A DNA stretch of 64,000 nucleotides from Trichosphaerium sp. ATCC 40318. Lineage: Eukaryota > Protista > Tubulinea. The stretch lies in NCBI GenBank assembly GCA_038496445.1, contig JALMLS010000138.1:186001-250000 (forward strand), in the 5' to 3' direction. The notes below the pieces were generated by a model that worked only from the letters and a program-made list of their open reading frames with translations, did not search any database and was not told the DNA's origin. Below are positions 24,901 to 37,855 of this stretch, one piece after another (positions within the stretch are counted from its first letter, which is position 1; the number at the start of each line of letters is the position of its first letter). The position numbers and the translations under genes are program-made.

Positions 24901-27773
24901 TTTGTAAACTTACCGAAGGTTAGATATAGCACTGTCAAGAAGAGCGCGAGGTCCTTCGAAATCGAGGTGCTCGGCGCCTCTAGGTTCAGCAGAGTCTAGG
25001 GATGCCAACATGAGATTAATGGCATCAGTGACACCTTTAGCGGCCCAGTTCAAGCGATTAACTGTATCAGCAGGGACGTTTGAGTTAGATACGGAGCCCA
25101 AGACATTAGTCGTGATATCAGACAATAATACGCCAGAGTCCTTAACTTGCTTACGTACTACTGCATCGATGAGAACAGGTGCCAACTGGTTCAAACTAAC
25201 AACAGATTAGAATAAAAATTGATGGTTTCATACTGTTAACGCACGTGTTACATAAGTACTTTGAGGCAACTTTAAGTTGTTCACCTTCTTCAGCAAGACG
25301 TTTTTGGTCATCAGCGCTAGGTGCTTGTTTTGAAGCTTGTAGGGTAGTTTGGTATACAGCGTCCATATTTGCTTCAATGTCTTGAACACACTCGACTACT
25401 AGCATAGCAGCACCCTATCAAAAACAGTTAGTAAATAAAATCATCTACAAAATAGGCGTACCTTATCTGTAAATTTACCCAATTTAGAGCTATTGAGGAG
25501 CATGGTAGCGGCTTGGAAAGCGCGCTCTGCTTGCTCTAGCTCTGCTTTAAGACGTGGATTACCAGGATCCTTTGCTAAGTTATTCGCACATTCTAACATG
25601 GCTCGAATAGCATCAGCTACAGCTCTGGCGCCATCAAGGGTTGGGAGTTTATCTGGACTTTGTGCGGCCATATTCTTGGCTGCGGATGCAAGGCCCATCA
25701 TATCATTCATGAGCATCTTGGCGATATTATCAAGATTAGCAGTATTGACATTATCCATCATAGCTTCAGCAAACAGTTTTTTTACATTATCGTCAATACC
25801 CTGAAAAGAAGTAAGATTAACACCACTGATGGATAACATAAAACTTTGTTAAACCGTACGTGTTGATGTTTCATCAACTGATCGCCCCATTGAGCAACTG
25901 TTAAGCTACTGCTAGGGTCAAAGCCTTCAATACCCTTTTCCATATCTGCTGTCAAAAGCGAGGAAGCGCGTAAGGCCGAATTGAGGTCAAGCACATTTAC
26001 TTTTTGGGCGCTAGGAAACGCCATTTTGGATTGATTATTTTGGTTACCAATCTGACCCATTTGGCTTCTGATGAGACTACCAATTTGTTGGCCGGGTTGG
26101 AAGTTACCGAGATTTGCTTGGCTATATCCTGGAGCGCCCGGCATACCCATAGTCATAGCAATACCAGCTGTACCACCAGCCTAGACACACTTGTGAGAAA
26201 TGGCTCGCCAAATACTGTTATTTTATCAGCAAACGTACGAAAGCCATATTTTCTTCGTGAGCAACCTGAGCATCCTCTTCAGTCATGTGTGATGCTACCT
26301 CCTTTCTAGACTTGAGCATAATATCAATATAACCAGCAAGCAACTGAGATATTTGATCTCCTTGTGTAGTCTGGTATGTAAAGTAATCTTCTTCATAATC
26401 ACCAAAATCGAGTGTGAACGTTTGTGGTGTGGCGGCCCAACGTTTCATTTGTGTAATTCTCCACTCTTTAATTACAGTCTGAAAAATAAATAATTAGCCC
26501 AACTAAAAAGAGAAAACAACGAGACATACCCTTGTGGCGAAGTCCATCAAGATGAGAGACTCACGAGTAATACCAAGGAGGTGGATAAGTGGCTTTTTCT
26601 TTCCACGGATGCGCTTCTTTATTTCGAAAAAGGTGATACCATACGTCTTCAACGAACGCACCAATTGTACGTAGCGGTATTTGGCATTAATATCTGACAT
26701 ACCAACAACCTTTTTGTGTGCTGAAAAGATATCACGTTCAACATTCTTGGTTTTGCGAAGTTGTTCTGGCAAGTACTCGTTGAGACTAGACTAGTTTAGA
26801 AAAAAGCTGAAGCCCGAAAAAGAAACTTTTTTTTTGTTTCACATACTCGAGGTAGCCGGGCTTGTGCTTGTTTGGGTTGTAGTTACCAAAGGCAATCTGA
26901 ACTTGGAGTGCCGCTAAATCGCGCGCTTCGTCTTTGCTGCAAGGATACTTGCCGTGGATAATAGCGTTCTTAGACTATACAAAGTATCAGAAGAAAGCCT
27001 CAATGCTATAAAAAGTACAAAGGTATGTTTTAATTACAAAAAAAGATTTAACTAAGTTAATTATTCAACGAACCTGAACGTAGATAAGATGGAGTTGAAC
27101 TGGATCATCACGATCTACTGTGTCATCGGAAGAGAAAAACTGTTTGGAATACAATAAAACTTCGCTTTCTTCGATATCTTGGTCGTACAAAGTACGTGTT
27201 TTGTCAAGCCAGTCAGCTACAAGCTTGCGTAAATATTCAAAATACTTTGCAACTACCAAAAAAATAGCAAAAAAAAAAACCAAGCAACGGTTGTTTCGGC
27301 GCGTACTCTCTAAAGCGCCTTGTTTCTTGAGAGAAAACTCTTCAACACTCTTGATACCAAGTTTTGCACCAATAACGTTACAAATGTGCTCAACGGTTTG
27401 CGAACTATCTATTATGATAGTTTTTATAGTGTCGTCCATAAGTTTTACTTTGATAGGTCTGTGCTTTTTTTTATACTCTACTTCCGTCTACCAGCGCGTC
27501 AATAAGCATCTACAGTGACTGAAAACAACTTACGTTCTGACCACAACCGTAAAATTTTAGCGTTCTGTTCAAAGCGAACCAACGTGGTTTAGTACCACGT
27601 GCGGCAGGCTGAAACAGACCATGATCAGCACCACCTTGGTCTGTTTTTTCCCTGATCTCCTTCAAAATTTCAACAATGGCTATATCTGGCGGAAAGCGCA
27701 TGGTCTTTATCAGATCGGTTCGCACGATCTTAATCTTGAGCGCAATGAGCTGTTGCGAGCTTCCGATACTCAT
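18927..27773 (-). CDS. talA: Talin (N-terminal FERM head, Ala-rich helical rod, C-terminal I/LWEQ domain); no villin headpiece, so talin A-like
   Basis: F0 LKIKIVRTDLIKTMRF..DHGLF, FFSSDDTVDRDDPVQLHLIYVQ, AKYRYVQLVRSLKTYGITFF, KRWAATPQTFTLDFGDY, ISQLLAGYIDIMLK, YKADPTWANGL, QAAILRLEAQIKKERDKLHKMNKAQY. Confidence 0.95.
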
Positions 27774-28129
27774 CTTGCACCAGTTGCAATTTACTCGCTA
27801 AAATCACTTGTCAGAAATGAACAGCGTACAGTTAAGCGTTTATAGGTATTTAACAACTAAAATAAGGTGCTAACGCGCAAACTTTAGATCTCGCATTCAA
27901 AAAAGAATTGCGTGCTGTGGGTATATATTCTGGAATAGTTGAGGCACTTCAATAAAAAGTTGGGTTGTTTTTCACCCAATTGTAATGTATTTCTGCAACA
28001 AAAGGTAGTACCTTGTGATTAGTTGCACTTCAAGGTGCAGGCTTCTATATTTGGTATTTTGTTGACTTGCAAAAGACGCTTTTTGTATTTTGGCGATTAA
28101 TTTGTTTATTGACATTGGGTTTCGTTAAA

Positions 28130-29148
28130 ATGCTTATTGTTTTGGAGAAGAGGCATAAACAAGACTTGTCGTTTGCTAAAGGCATCGATGCCAGTGGTAT
28201 GTAACAAAATTGTACCAAAAACGTTTACACTTCAGAATTCCGCTTTCATTGATCGTTGGTATAGCTTTGGCCAAGTTATGCGAGAAAACAGCGGATATAA
28301 TAAAGCTTGGACCAAAAGATAAAGACAAAAAGCTATTTGCTAGCGCTGCGAGTACGTACAATTAAAAACAAGAGCTAATTCAGCCTTAAATCGCACAACC
28401 TGTCAAACAATATTTTTCTACGTGCCAAAATATCCCTACAAACGCTACTACGCGTCCTCAATCAGGAAAGTTCAAAAGAAAATGACACATTGTAGAACGG
28501 TTGAATATTAGTGCTGCACAAGTAGAAAGAGGTGTAGAGGCGCTGTGCTACTTGTTTACAGAAGCAGCGAAGATCTCATTGTCAGAACTGGATTTTATGG
28601 ACTCGCTTCTCACACTGGAACTACCAAAAGACCACAACAAAGTACTTAAAAAGGTGAGGGAGGAAATACGCAAGGGTAGAGATATTAACTGCTGGTAGGC
28701 TTATTTAACAAACAAATCTTTTATTCGTGCAAACTTGAATGACTTGTCGTTCTCTTTACCCCACTACTCGGACCTGGACTGGCGATTGGACTTTGAGGCA
28801 CGTGTTGCAATAATTGCGCGATAAAAATAAAGATCGAAAGTACATTCAGCAATTGTTTAAATAACTCATAGGTGGCATCACGCACTATGCATGATAAAGC
28901 ACGACCTATGTTCATGATGAAACTTTCCACAGTAGATGACAATGGTATGGTTTCTAAAAACGTTTCAGCTTTCTTTTTTCGAAAGTTGTCATTCCCAAAA
29001 CTTTAATATTAAAACGACTGTTTTAGAACTCACGACGCGCTACCTACAGAGTGACTATTCAAATCTCAAACACTTAACAGCAGAATTAGAAAGCGCATTG
29101 AACGAAGCACAAACCCCGTATGCCCGGCGTGTTGCAAGGAATATTTAA
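28130..29148 (+). CDS. COMMD2: COMM domain-containing protein 2
   Basis: Spliced: VERGVEALCYLFTEAAKISLSELDFMDSL, SLPHYSDLDWRLDFEVASR, LQSDYSNLKHLTAELESALNE..ARRVARNI*; colinear with human COMMD2 as recalled. Confidence 0.92.
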
Positions 29149-29438
29149 AGTTTGTATTTTTGGGACCACTCTTTAACTCGGTAGTAAATATTAAGGGATA
29201 TCACTAGAGTGTCATTTATTGTAACAATTGCGCATGTACTGTACAGACGCGTTGATTTGTGATTGCACTAGTTTTGTGCGTGAAACGGGCATGTTCAATG
29301 AACATATTCTGTTTACTGATCATAGGTGTAAAAGGAAGTAACTCACGAAGGGAGCCACGCAACCTATGGGCCTTGTAAATAACCTAGTATAAACACCATA
29401 CTAACCATAGTAATCCCGAACACCACTAACGGCTCAAA

Positions 29439-31275
29439 ATGAGCCAACCACAGCAACGCTATCATGATTTCATGCACATCGAACAAGCCCCCAATAATGA
29501 ACTCCTTTCGGCCGCAAAACGTCAGGCACAGGCCATGCATACGTCACGACTAAGATTAAGCACTCTATGCGAAATGCAGAACCTTTCTTACAACGAAACT
29601 CACAAATGCTGGGCTATGCTCACGCTACAAACAGATCCAGTTGGCAAGCGCCCCAAACGCAACAATTTTGTGGACTTTGTAGTATGTATAGACTTGAGCG
29701 CAAGTATGAAGACACAATCAAAATTGGCCTTTGTTCAAGCGAGCATTGAATATTTATTGGACAGACTGGACGAACGACATAGGTTTAGTCTCGTAATTTT
29801 TAACCACGTTGTTCAACAAGTAACAGACCTGATCTCCTGTACACAACACAACAAAGAGGTAATCAAGCGTCACCTCAGAGGATTAACGCCCAATGGCTCA
29901 ACAAACATCAGCGGGGCATTATTTAAAGCAATAGAAATTTTAAACCGCAGAGGTGACACTTCAGGAAGAATTGCGAGCGTAATGCTCTTTACAGACGGCC
30001 TTTCGAACCGCGGACCCACAGCAGGTGACACTTTGGCGAAACTTGACAAATTGCAACTGCCACGAGGCTGTATAGTCAATACATTCGGTTACGGGCGAGA
30101 CCACGATTCTAGAATGCTGCACGGTATCGCCATGCGCTCGAAGGTATTTGCTGAACGGTCTCTTAATGAGTTTTTCATGTGAAAATTTGTTCCCTCTTTC
30201 GTTCACGGACACTGAATGTTCGCTAACCGCTTTTTGCAGGGTATTTATTACTACGTCGAGACTCAAGATGCCATTGCGGCCACATTTGGGGAATGTGTAG
30301 CAGGGATTTTATCAACCGAAGCACACCAGATTGTAGTGTCAATGAGAGGTCAAGATGGTGGGAGAATTGTCACTTTAGCGAACCCTTACCCTGTTATTGA
30401 ACGACGAGTAGCCAAGGTACATTTTTGCCCAAATTAAAAAATGATTCCCATTAAAATACCTTGGCTCACTTTCCTTTTTCTGCAGGATTATGATATTAAC
30501 TTGGGGTTAATGTATTCTGGCGAGTCGAAGTCTTTATTATTTAAAATGTCCCTCAGAAAACTAAGACAACCGCAACCACTGCACGTTTTGGCTTTGGTCA
30601 CAGTAAAATACGTGAGCACGCTCACTGGTCGTCGCGAGATTGTTCAAGGCGCTATACAAGTAAGAAGACCTAACATTTGCCCTGCTGAGCCAATACCTCT
30701 TCATTTGGATCAACAAATTAATAGGTTCGCACGAACATAACTTTAATACAAGAAAAATAAAACTATTCTACAAATACTAACATCCGCTTTTTTAGATATG
30801 CTACAGCCGTAACAATACAAAAAGCGATTGGATTGGCAGAAAAGAACAATTGTGCTGAAGGCTTAAATATTTTGCGTGATTTTTCTCAACGAATACGAAA
30901 GTCTGCCTCGGCAGATCAGCCGTACTGTGAAGATTTATTAAAAGACCTTGAAGATGTTATGAAAAGCATGACGAGTAAGTGTGGCGACAAAAAAAAAAGT
31001 TGGCCGAAGTGAAGACTAATTTTTTTGTAGACAAACAAAATTTTTCGGGTGGGATTCATATGGCGTATTCGCTATGTGCAATGTATTATATGGAACGATC
31101 AACAGGTTCACGCGTTTTATCAAAGAGAGACGCTCAGCGACATGCTGGTTACGGTTATGTTACGGTGCATCAAGCACTTGAAGCTAGAAATGCAATGGCG
31201 TCAGCACGTAGTTATGTAACTGGCTACGCGCTTAAACAAGGTTCACTCAGACATGATCCAATGGATACAAACTAA
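29439..31275 (+). CDS. von Willebrand factor A (vWA) domain protein with C-terminal beta and helical extension
   Basis: MIDAS residues CIDLSASM, GSTNISGAL, MLFTDG, then TFGYGRDHD. Four introns splice in frame. Confidence 0.88.
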
Positions 31276-31734
31276 AATGTCCCTGTGAATCCCCAATTTT
31301 TTCCAGCTAGGTAAGTTTTGTCTTTAAACAGAAAAGGAATTCCTTTTTTTTTTCTTTCGGGTTTTTCTTAATTTCTTTTTTTAGAGGTCGAATGCTGTGC
31401 CGCGTTGTAAATAGTGTACTTGTAATCTGGCGACATAAATTTTTTGGCCTTCTTATTATACCAACAGCTGAGCGATCGGAGGAGAAATGTATCATAGTGA
31501 TAAACAAATTTGTCTCCTCAAACTGTCTTTGTTTTTTTTTTTTAAGTTGTGACTAAATTAAATGTCTGGAAAGTTATTTGAGTGGACGTAGCCAGCGCAC
31601 AAAGTGTTGATAAAACTGTATTGTCAACATCTTACGAAGGTTTAACTACCAGTGTTCTGATAGGCTATCATACAAGTTTATTTGGTTTTCTTTCAATGTA
31701 CAAGGATATTTCTTACAGCTGTTATGACCAATAT

Positions 31735-34700
31735 TTATGCTGTAACAAAGTAGGAGGCATTTTCGTTACTATGCTCCCTTTCATTGTCTCTTGATATATC
31801 CTCATCAAAAGCTAAATTAATCTGTACTGATGTTTGTCGTATATCGCCACTTGTGTAAACTATTGGCCAACTAAAAAAAAAAACTTGAGTAACAGAAGTC
31901 AACAACTTACAAGAAAAAAAACATACCCTCCATCTGAATCGAATATGCCAGCAGCTGAAGCAATTACCAAAGTATCAGCACTAGTCACAGGTACAAACAC
32001 AGGGATAGGTCGAGGGACAGAGCTAACCATTGATGATACCATTCTTACATCAGTATTTTCAGCTTCATATGCAATAGTTCTACCATTAAGTGTCGTAAAT
32101 CTACCACTACCTGCGTCTACAATAATAACACCAAGGGTCTCTGTAGCTCTTCTGCGGTCCAAATCTTCACCAACATGCTTACCAACATTGATTTCAAACC
32201 TGTCTGGTGGAGATATTGCAAAACTTCCAGAAGCCCAAAAAGAACTCCATTTGGCATCATTAGCAGTCATTACTTGTCCAAGTACAATAGGATTAAAGTA
32301 ATCGCGGGTCTCAAGCTGTTCTCTATTTTGACTCCAAGCGCCTTCGAATGCGGTAGTGGTTGATTCTACTCTTCTCGCTTCCATTTGGATACCATGAGTT
32401 GTCTATAAAAGAGTGAGTTTTTGTGAATCTGCAGATCGCGCAAATACGTACAAACGAGTAAACACCTTCGTCTACTATGACACAAAATACACTTGTTGGA
32501 GGTGCAATACCTTCTCCAGCAAGTTGCACACGTAGTCTTATTCTAAAAGAGGATACTACATCGACACGGACTACTCTAGGTTCCCCGGAAGTGTACGAAG
32601 GTGTACAAACAACAACCTTTTGTATACGTCAGTATCATAGTTTGATTTTTTTGAGGGTTGATTTACGCACCATACTGTTAAAAACTGACGCAAGATTGAA
32701 TACTTGCCATTCGTTTGTCAAAGTTTGTCTAATTTCCAAATAGTTTATATTTACGCGACCAGCTGTAGGAGTAGCAGTGGGCGGACTTGTTACTGGCGGA
32801 CGGGTAGTTGGTGGATTTGTATTTGGAGGGAGTGTGGTTGGAGGACGTGTAGTTGGAGCACGTGTTGGAGGGAGTGTGGTTGGCGCAAGTGCAGGAGCAC
32901 GTGTAGTTGGAGAACGTGTAGTTGGAGCACGTGTCGTTGGAGGACGCGTGGTTGGAGCGCGTGTAGGAGGGCGTGTGGTAGGAGGACGGGTAGTTGGAGC
33001 GCGTGTAGTTGGAGCGCGTGTAGTTGGAGCACGTGTAGGAGGACGTGTGGTTGGAGAACGGGTCGTTGGAGCACGTGTCGTCGGAGCACGTGTGGTTGGA
33101 GCACGTGTTGTTGGAGCACGTGTTGGTGAGCGTGTTGGTACTTCACCTCCACAGTCCAAAGGGAAGTTAACAGTAGCTATACTACCGTCTTAAGTGAATG
33201 TTAGATTAAGAGTTTTTTGAGGTGAGGATTATGTGCCTGCAAAGAGAATTGGATTTTGACCGCCTCTAGGTGCTTGGAGTGTGTCAAACTTTATATTATC
33301 AAGGTGAGCTAGGCCAACTGGAACTTGGAATTCAAGTTCAATGGAGTCAATATCACCAAGAACTTGTGCGAAGGAGCTCAATGAATTTCCATTTACATAG
33401 ACGGTTGTTCGGCCAAGCTTTGTAAAAATTAGCTAAAACGCTGACCAAAGGATTTGTATTGATTTTAGAGATGGTTTCAAAAAACGTACAAGGTCATTAC
33501 GGTCAACGGTGAATTGCTGCCATTCTTGAAAATCGGTGAGTTGGAAGGGTATACCTACTGAAACACCAGACTGCACGAATACGTTAACTTGAGTATCAGT
33601 TGCGAGTGTAAACGTCAGTTCTGTTGCTGCACCAATTCTTAACCGGAAGAATGAGCTTGTTGCTGCAACTACATGGCAGTGTTAGCACGTGTGAAGTCTT
33701 TCAAGAAAGCAAAAAAAAAGTTCAAGAAAGGTTGCTTTTGTTTAGGTGTTCCTATTTGAACAATAGTTATTTTCGAGGTACTTGTACTTACAGTCTCTAC
33801 TAAACCTGAAATAAAAAGAAGCCAATATCCTTCTTGTATTTGTGTCAATTGAAGGGGCTAGAACAATCGTAAATTTTTCTATACTCCGGTGATTGCCAAG
33901 GGCTAAGTATCTACTACCCTAGAATTTATTGATTTAGTATTCGAGAGATAATTTTTTGATGGATAACGTACCTGTGCGGCATCTCCTTCGACTACATTTG
34001 CAAAATCATTATTAAATGCTCGTCCTACAGGCATTGTCTCAAAGTTATTCGAAACAGGGAAAGGAGCAAGTATTCTTTTTCCGATCTGATTTTCTTCATT
34101 TTCTATTGTGAAACCAGATACTTTTTGTGGAATGATAACACTAGTAGAATTATAAGGAAAACAGTGTATAGGAGCCTTTAAAAAAACCCCAACAACATCA
34201 ACGTACGGAGCTCCGACGCTAGCGGTTTTAAACATTTCGTCATTCTGGAGATCTTGAGGAGAGATTGAATTCTCAAACCTTGATCTATCAACTTGGTATC
34301 TAAAGGTAATAGTTTTAGTATTTATTTCTCTATACTGTAAGTTCTCTATCTTTTTTTTTTGCTCTTTCTTTCAGTTGATTCACAAAAGTCGTGTACCCTA
34401 GTTTGTAGAGTTCTCGAAGAATAGAGGCTTTGATGCCAATGGTAGTGTTCTTGACGTTGTGATTTAGGCCGCTAGAGAAGTTCAGTATTTGGTTGGAAAA
34501 AAATGTGGCAGCTAAAGAAAATGTTGTTATTATGACGTACAGGCAGTAAAGTAGTTGGCGTTCTATCGTAGCTTGCAGTTTACCATCCTTAAGAGCTTTT
34601 TCCATGTATACTCTGTCTATTTCTATTATTGATATAGCCTGTAGTTTCGTAGTTAGACGATTATTTCCGTGCGTTTCAACCAGTGAAAAAAATAAAATAA

Positions 34701-35966
34701 AAAGGATCCTCAAAAATAAATTTACCGGTAGATAACTGCCAGGGCGAACATGAGTAGGACCAGATCTGATAGCTTGACGTTTGTTCTTGTTGTCTAGTAC
34801 TTCGTTAGTTTTTTTTGCGACAATGTACGGAAGTACTTACCGGCCGACATTATTTTTGCGTGAACATTCAAATCATCAACTATGTTATGTTAGTTATCGC
34901 TGTAAAATAATCACGTGTGATTTTTTGTGTACAAATTTAGAAAGTTTCACGTAGAACTTCCTACAATAGATTTTATTTCTGACGCTGTACCTTCAATACC
35001 ATCAATAAAAATGTTAGGAATATCCCTTGTAATAAAAGACTCGATTATTTGTCTAGCACGTTCGAAAACTTGGACCTAAAGCGCTATGAGTGAATCTTTT
35101 TTTTGCATTTTATTTTTTATTCGTCGGGTTTTTTGGAAATTTCTTACTAACAAACAGGCAAAGTAGAACTTTTTATGCACGCAAAAAATATTAATAAACA
35201 AGAAAAAGAATGAGATTTTTTTTTCCCTTTTTCTCCAACAAAAAAAAAAGGTTAAAACTCTATCCTAATGGAGAGATAAAAAAATTACATTTTTTTTGAA
35301 CTTACGATTTCACGTTGTTTCGCTAGCTCTCGTGAGAACACATATGTTATCTCGAAAGTATCCTCATCACCAATGGATTTTTTAGATGTTGAACAGTCAG
35401 TACTGCCTCCATCCTACAACAAAGAACGTGTTAACAAACGACACAATCTTTTTTTGTAATAAAATTCTTGAGTTCTTGAAAAAAAAAAATACACGTACCA
35501 CAATCACCGGGTAGCTCTGACCACCTTCTAAATTATCAAAAACAGCCCTTCCATCACCATCTAGTGGTTTTAGTTATTACTAATACGTGTCGTAACTGCA
35601 TTTGGCTCAAATGTCGGAAATTTTCAAAACTAGCGCTAGTTTTCTTGTAAAGTAAAGTTATGACCTGTCTACGCGTGTTGACGCGTAGATAGATATAAAT
35701 TGAGCACGTGATGAAAGGTTTTTAATTTTAGACAAGAAAAAATTTTGTTTCGTACCTGACTCAGCCATTAACTCGTTAGAATCGCAATTGGCATTAAGGT
35801 TACCATCGATACAAAATTCTATGCCTTCAAGAGGTGGTTCATCACTTCCTCTCACACCGTTACCGTTGATGTCGTTGTAGACGTTAATATCTATCCTAGC
35901 GCCCTGTACGCTTGTATGAAGACATAATACAAGTAACAGTGTTATTATAGGGGCACAAGGAGCCAT
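31735..35966 (-). CDS. Secreted mosaic protein: SdrD-B-like domain, degenerate leishmanolysin-like (M8) domain, beta-rich region, PTTRA stalk, C-terminal beta-repeat region
   Basis: Signal MAPCAPIITLLLVLCL; VYNDINGNGVRGSDEPPLEGI; FERARQIIESFITRDIP..VDDL..SGPTHVRPGSYLPAISIIEID..ATIERQLLYCLG; PIVLGQVMTAND, GKHVGEDLDRRRATETLGVI, DEDISRDNEREHSNE. Confidence 0.75.
32765..33140 (-). repeat. Coding 12-15-bp tandem repeat encoding PTTRA/PTTRP
   Basis: Tandem gttggagcacgtgta-like units. Confidence 0.9.
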
Positions 35967-37855
35967 TGCGTTGCTCTTGTTGTTAGCTTTTATGTAAAAA
36001 TGTCAACAAAACCTTAGAAAAGTGATTTTTTTTTGTGTCATAACTTACTCTCTCTGATTTTGGAGAAACAATCCTCGCTGCAAGTTTAATAAATAACATT
36101 CTCTAACCGATAGGAGTAGTGTAGCTTCACATGTAACAATCTCAATGAGATTTCATCTCTTAGGGAACTTCCGAGCCCACAAATTACTTCTCTTTTGCCG
36201 TAACCTGTAAATTTCGACGGAGACTGAAACATCTCCGTTGAAAAGACTGCAGTCTGCACGTATTCTTTTGTTATGACTCACAAAACACCTATGTTTCCCA
36301 GCCTTAAACAGAGCTTGATGTATATAAAAGGAATAAGCACGTGCTTGTATCGGGTGTAACGTATAGCGTCATTCAATTTGAGATTTTTTTTAATTACATA
36401 TTAAACTTTGGCCAATCGCCTTTTACAGAAAGACGCCATCCAGAAGAGTGTTGATGAACTTGGCGTAGTTTTTTACAACATTTACTAAAACTCTTTGTCG
36501 TAAATTGACGATACTTGATGATGTTATGCTCTCTGGGCAGTAGACGCGAAAAAACACTTTATCCTCGTGTAAAAAAAGATCAAGAAAGAAAATTCGGTTG
36601 TTCTGATGTTACGATGTAAGAAGGAAAACTGGTGCCATTGGACTTGTTTATTTATGGTAAAGTCGCTCAGTTCGTTAAATAGCCTGTGAATGATTTCATG
36701 CCTACTTACGAGGAGTATCATGACTTCAGGAGAAAAATGTAATGTCGTGCTATGTTGTTTCAGTTTTCTCTACACGTCACGGCGAAAAGTTTCAGGTTTG
36801 TGTGATGTAATACTGCGTGAAGCACAGACAAAATTGAACGCCTCTGGTACCGGTACTACTTTCTTTCAACCGCCACAGACAATATCAACGCCACAGCGAG
36901 TGTTTGATGTGTTCTTGGTCAAAAGTGAAAGAAACAAACGTCCAACAATTGTCTGCACTATTTTAAGAATTGTCACGTGGCGTTCTTCAGAGCAATATAG
37001 ATACGAACGCCATATTTTTCAAGGTATTAACTAGAGGTACTTCTTTATAAAAGGGAAAAAAGGATGCGCAATCTGGTGAAGTTCCTTACAGTTAAAACAA
37101 TACAACATATCAAAAGTTTTCCTTTCTTTTATTCCGCTTAACCGACATAAAATAGATGAGATAGTAGGAGGTACAGTGGTTTCTGGGAGTGGCGATTTTA
37201 CGGTATTGTGTTGGCCTTAGAAAATATACTGGCAATGTGAATGGCTACTATCAATTGATAAAAATACAAAGTAGATTAAAGGAAATTTTCAAGGGAGTTA
37301 CTAACTTCCGGTATTAATTAACGCCCTGAATCACACTGTATGGAACTACTAATGAATAGCAGATACAACCAAACAACTCTAGGCATCGTGGGCCATCATA
37401 AATTGTTGTAAAACTGAACAGAATAGTAATAAACCTTAAGCACGTGTTTACTTAGTAATCTAATGCTTTGTAAGAGCTAAGGCCTCATGGTACGAGCACA
37501 GGTTACTGACACACCTCAAACAAGGCATTATTGATAACAAGCATTACCATGCTGCAAATATAAAGCTCACTGTTGCGTTACTATTACGATCTTGTTTCAA
37601 CATTTTATCACGATTGAAAACTATCAAGGCACTCACTTAGAACATCTTGCAGGTGGTCAACAATATTATTGTATTGTAAAAACGTGATAAGTACCGCGGT
37701 ATTCCATCACCACAATCTGCTGACCAAAGGTTAGACAACAACGACAATACGAATACGTACAAAACGGTTCACATAGCTTTGGTAGGCAAAGTCGCTTGCG
37801 AATTCGTATTTACAACCACAATCGTCATTTCTTTTATACAATAACACCCTCAAAG

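Noticed and set aside
32704-33193. Gly/Val/Arg and Trp/Cys repeat ORFs on the plus strand
   Set aside because: Antisense shadows of the PTTRA repeat.
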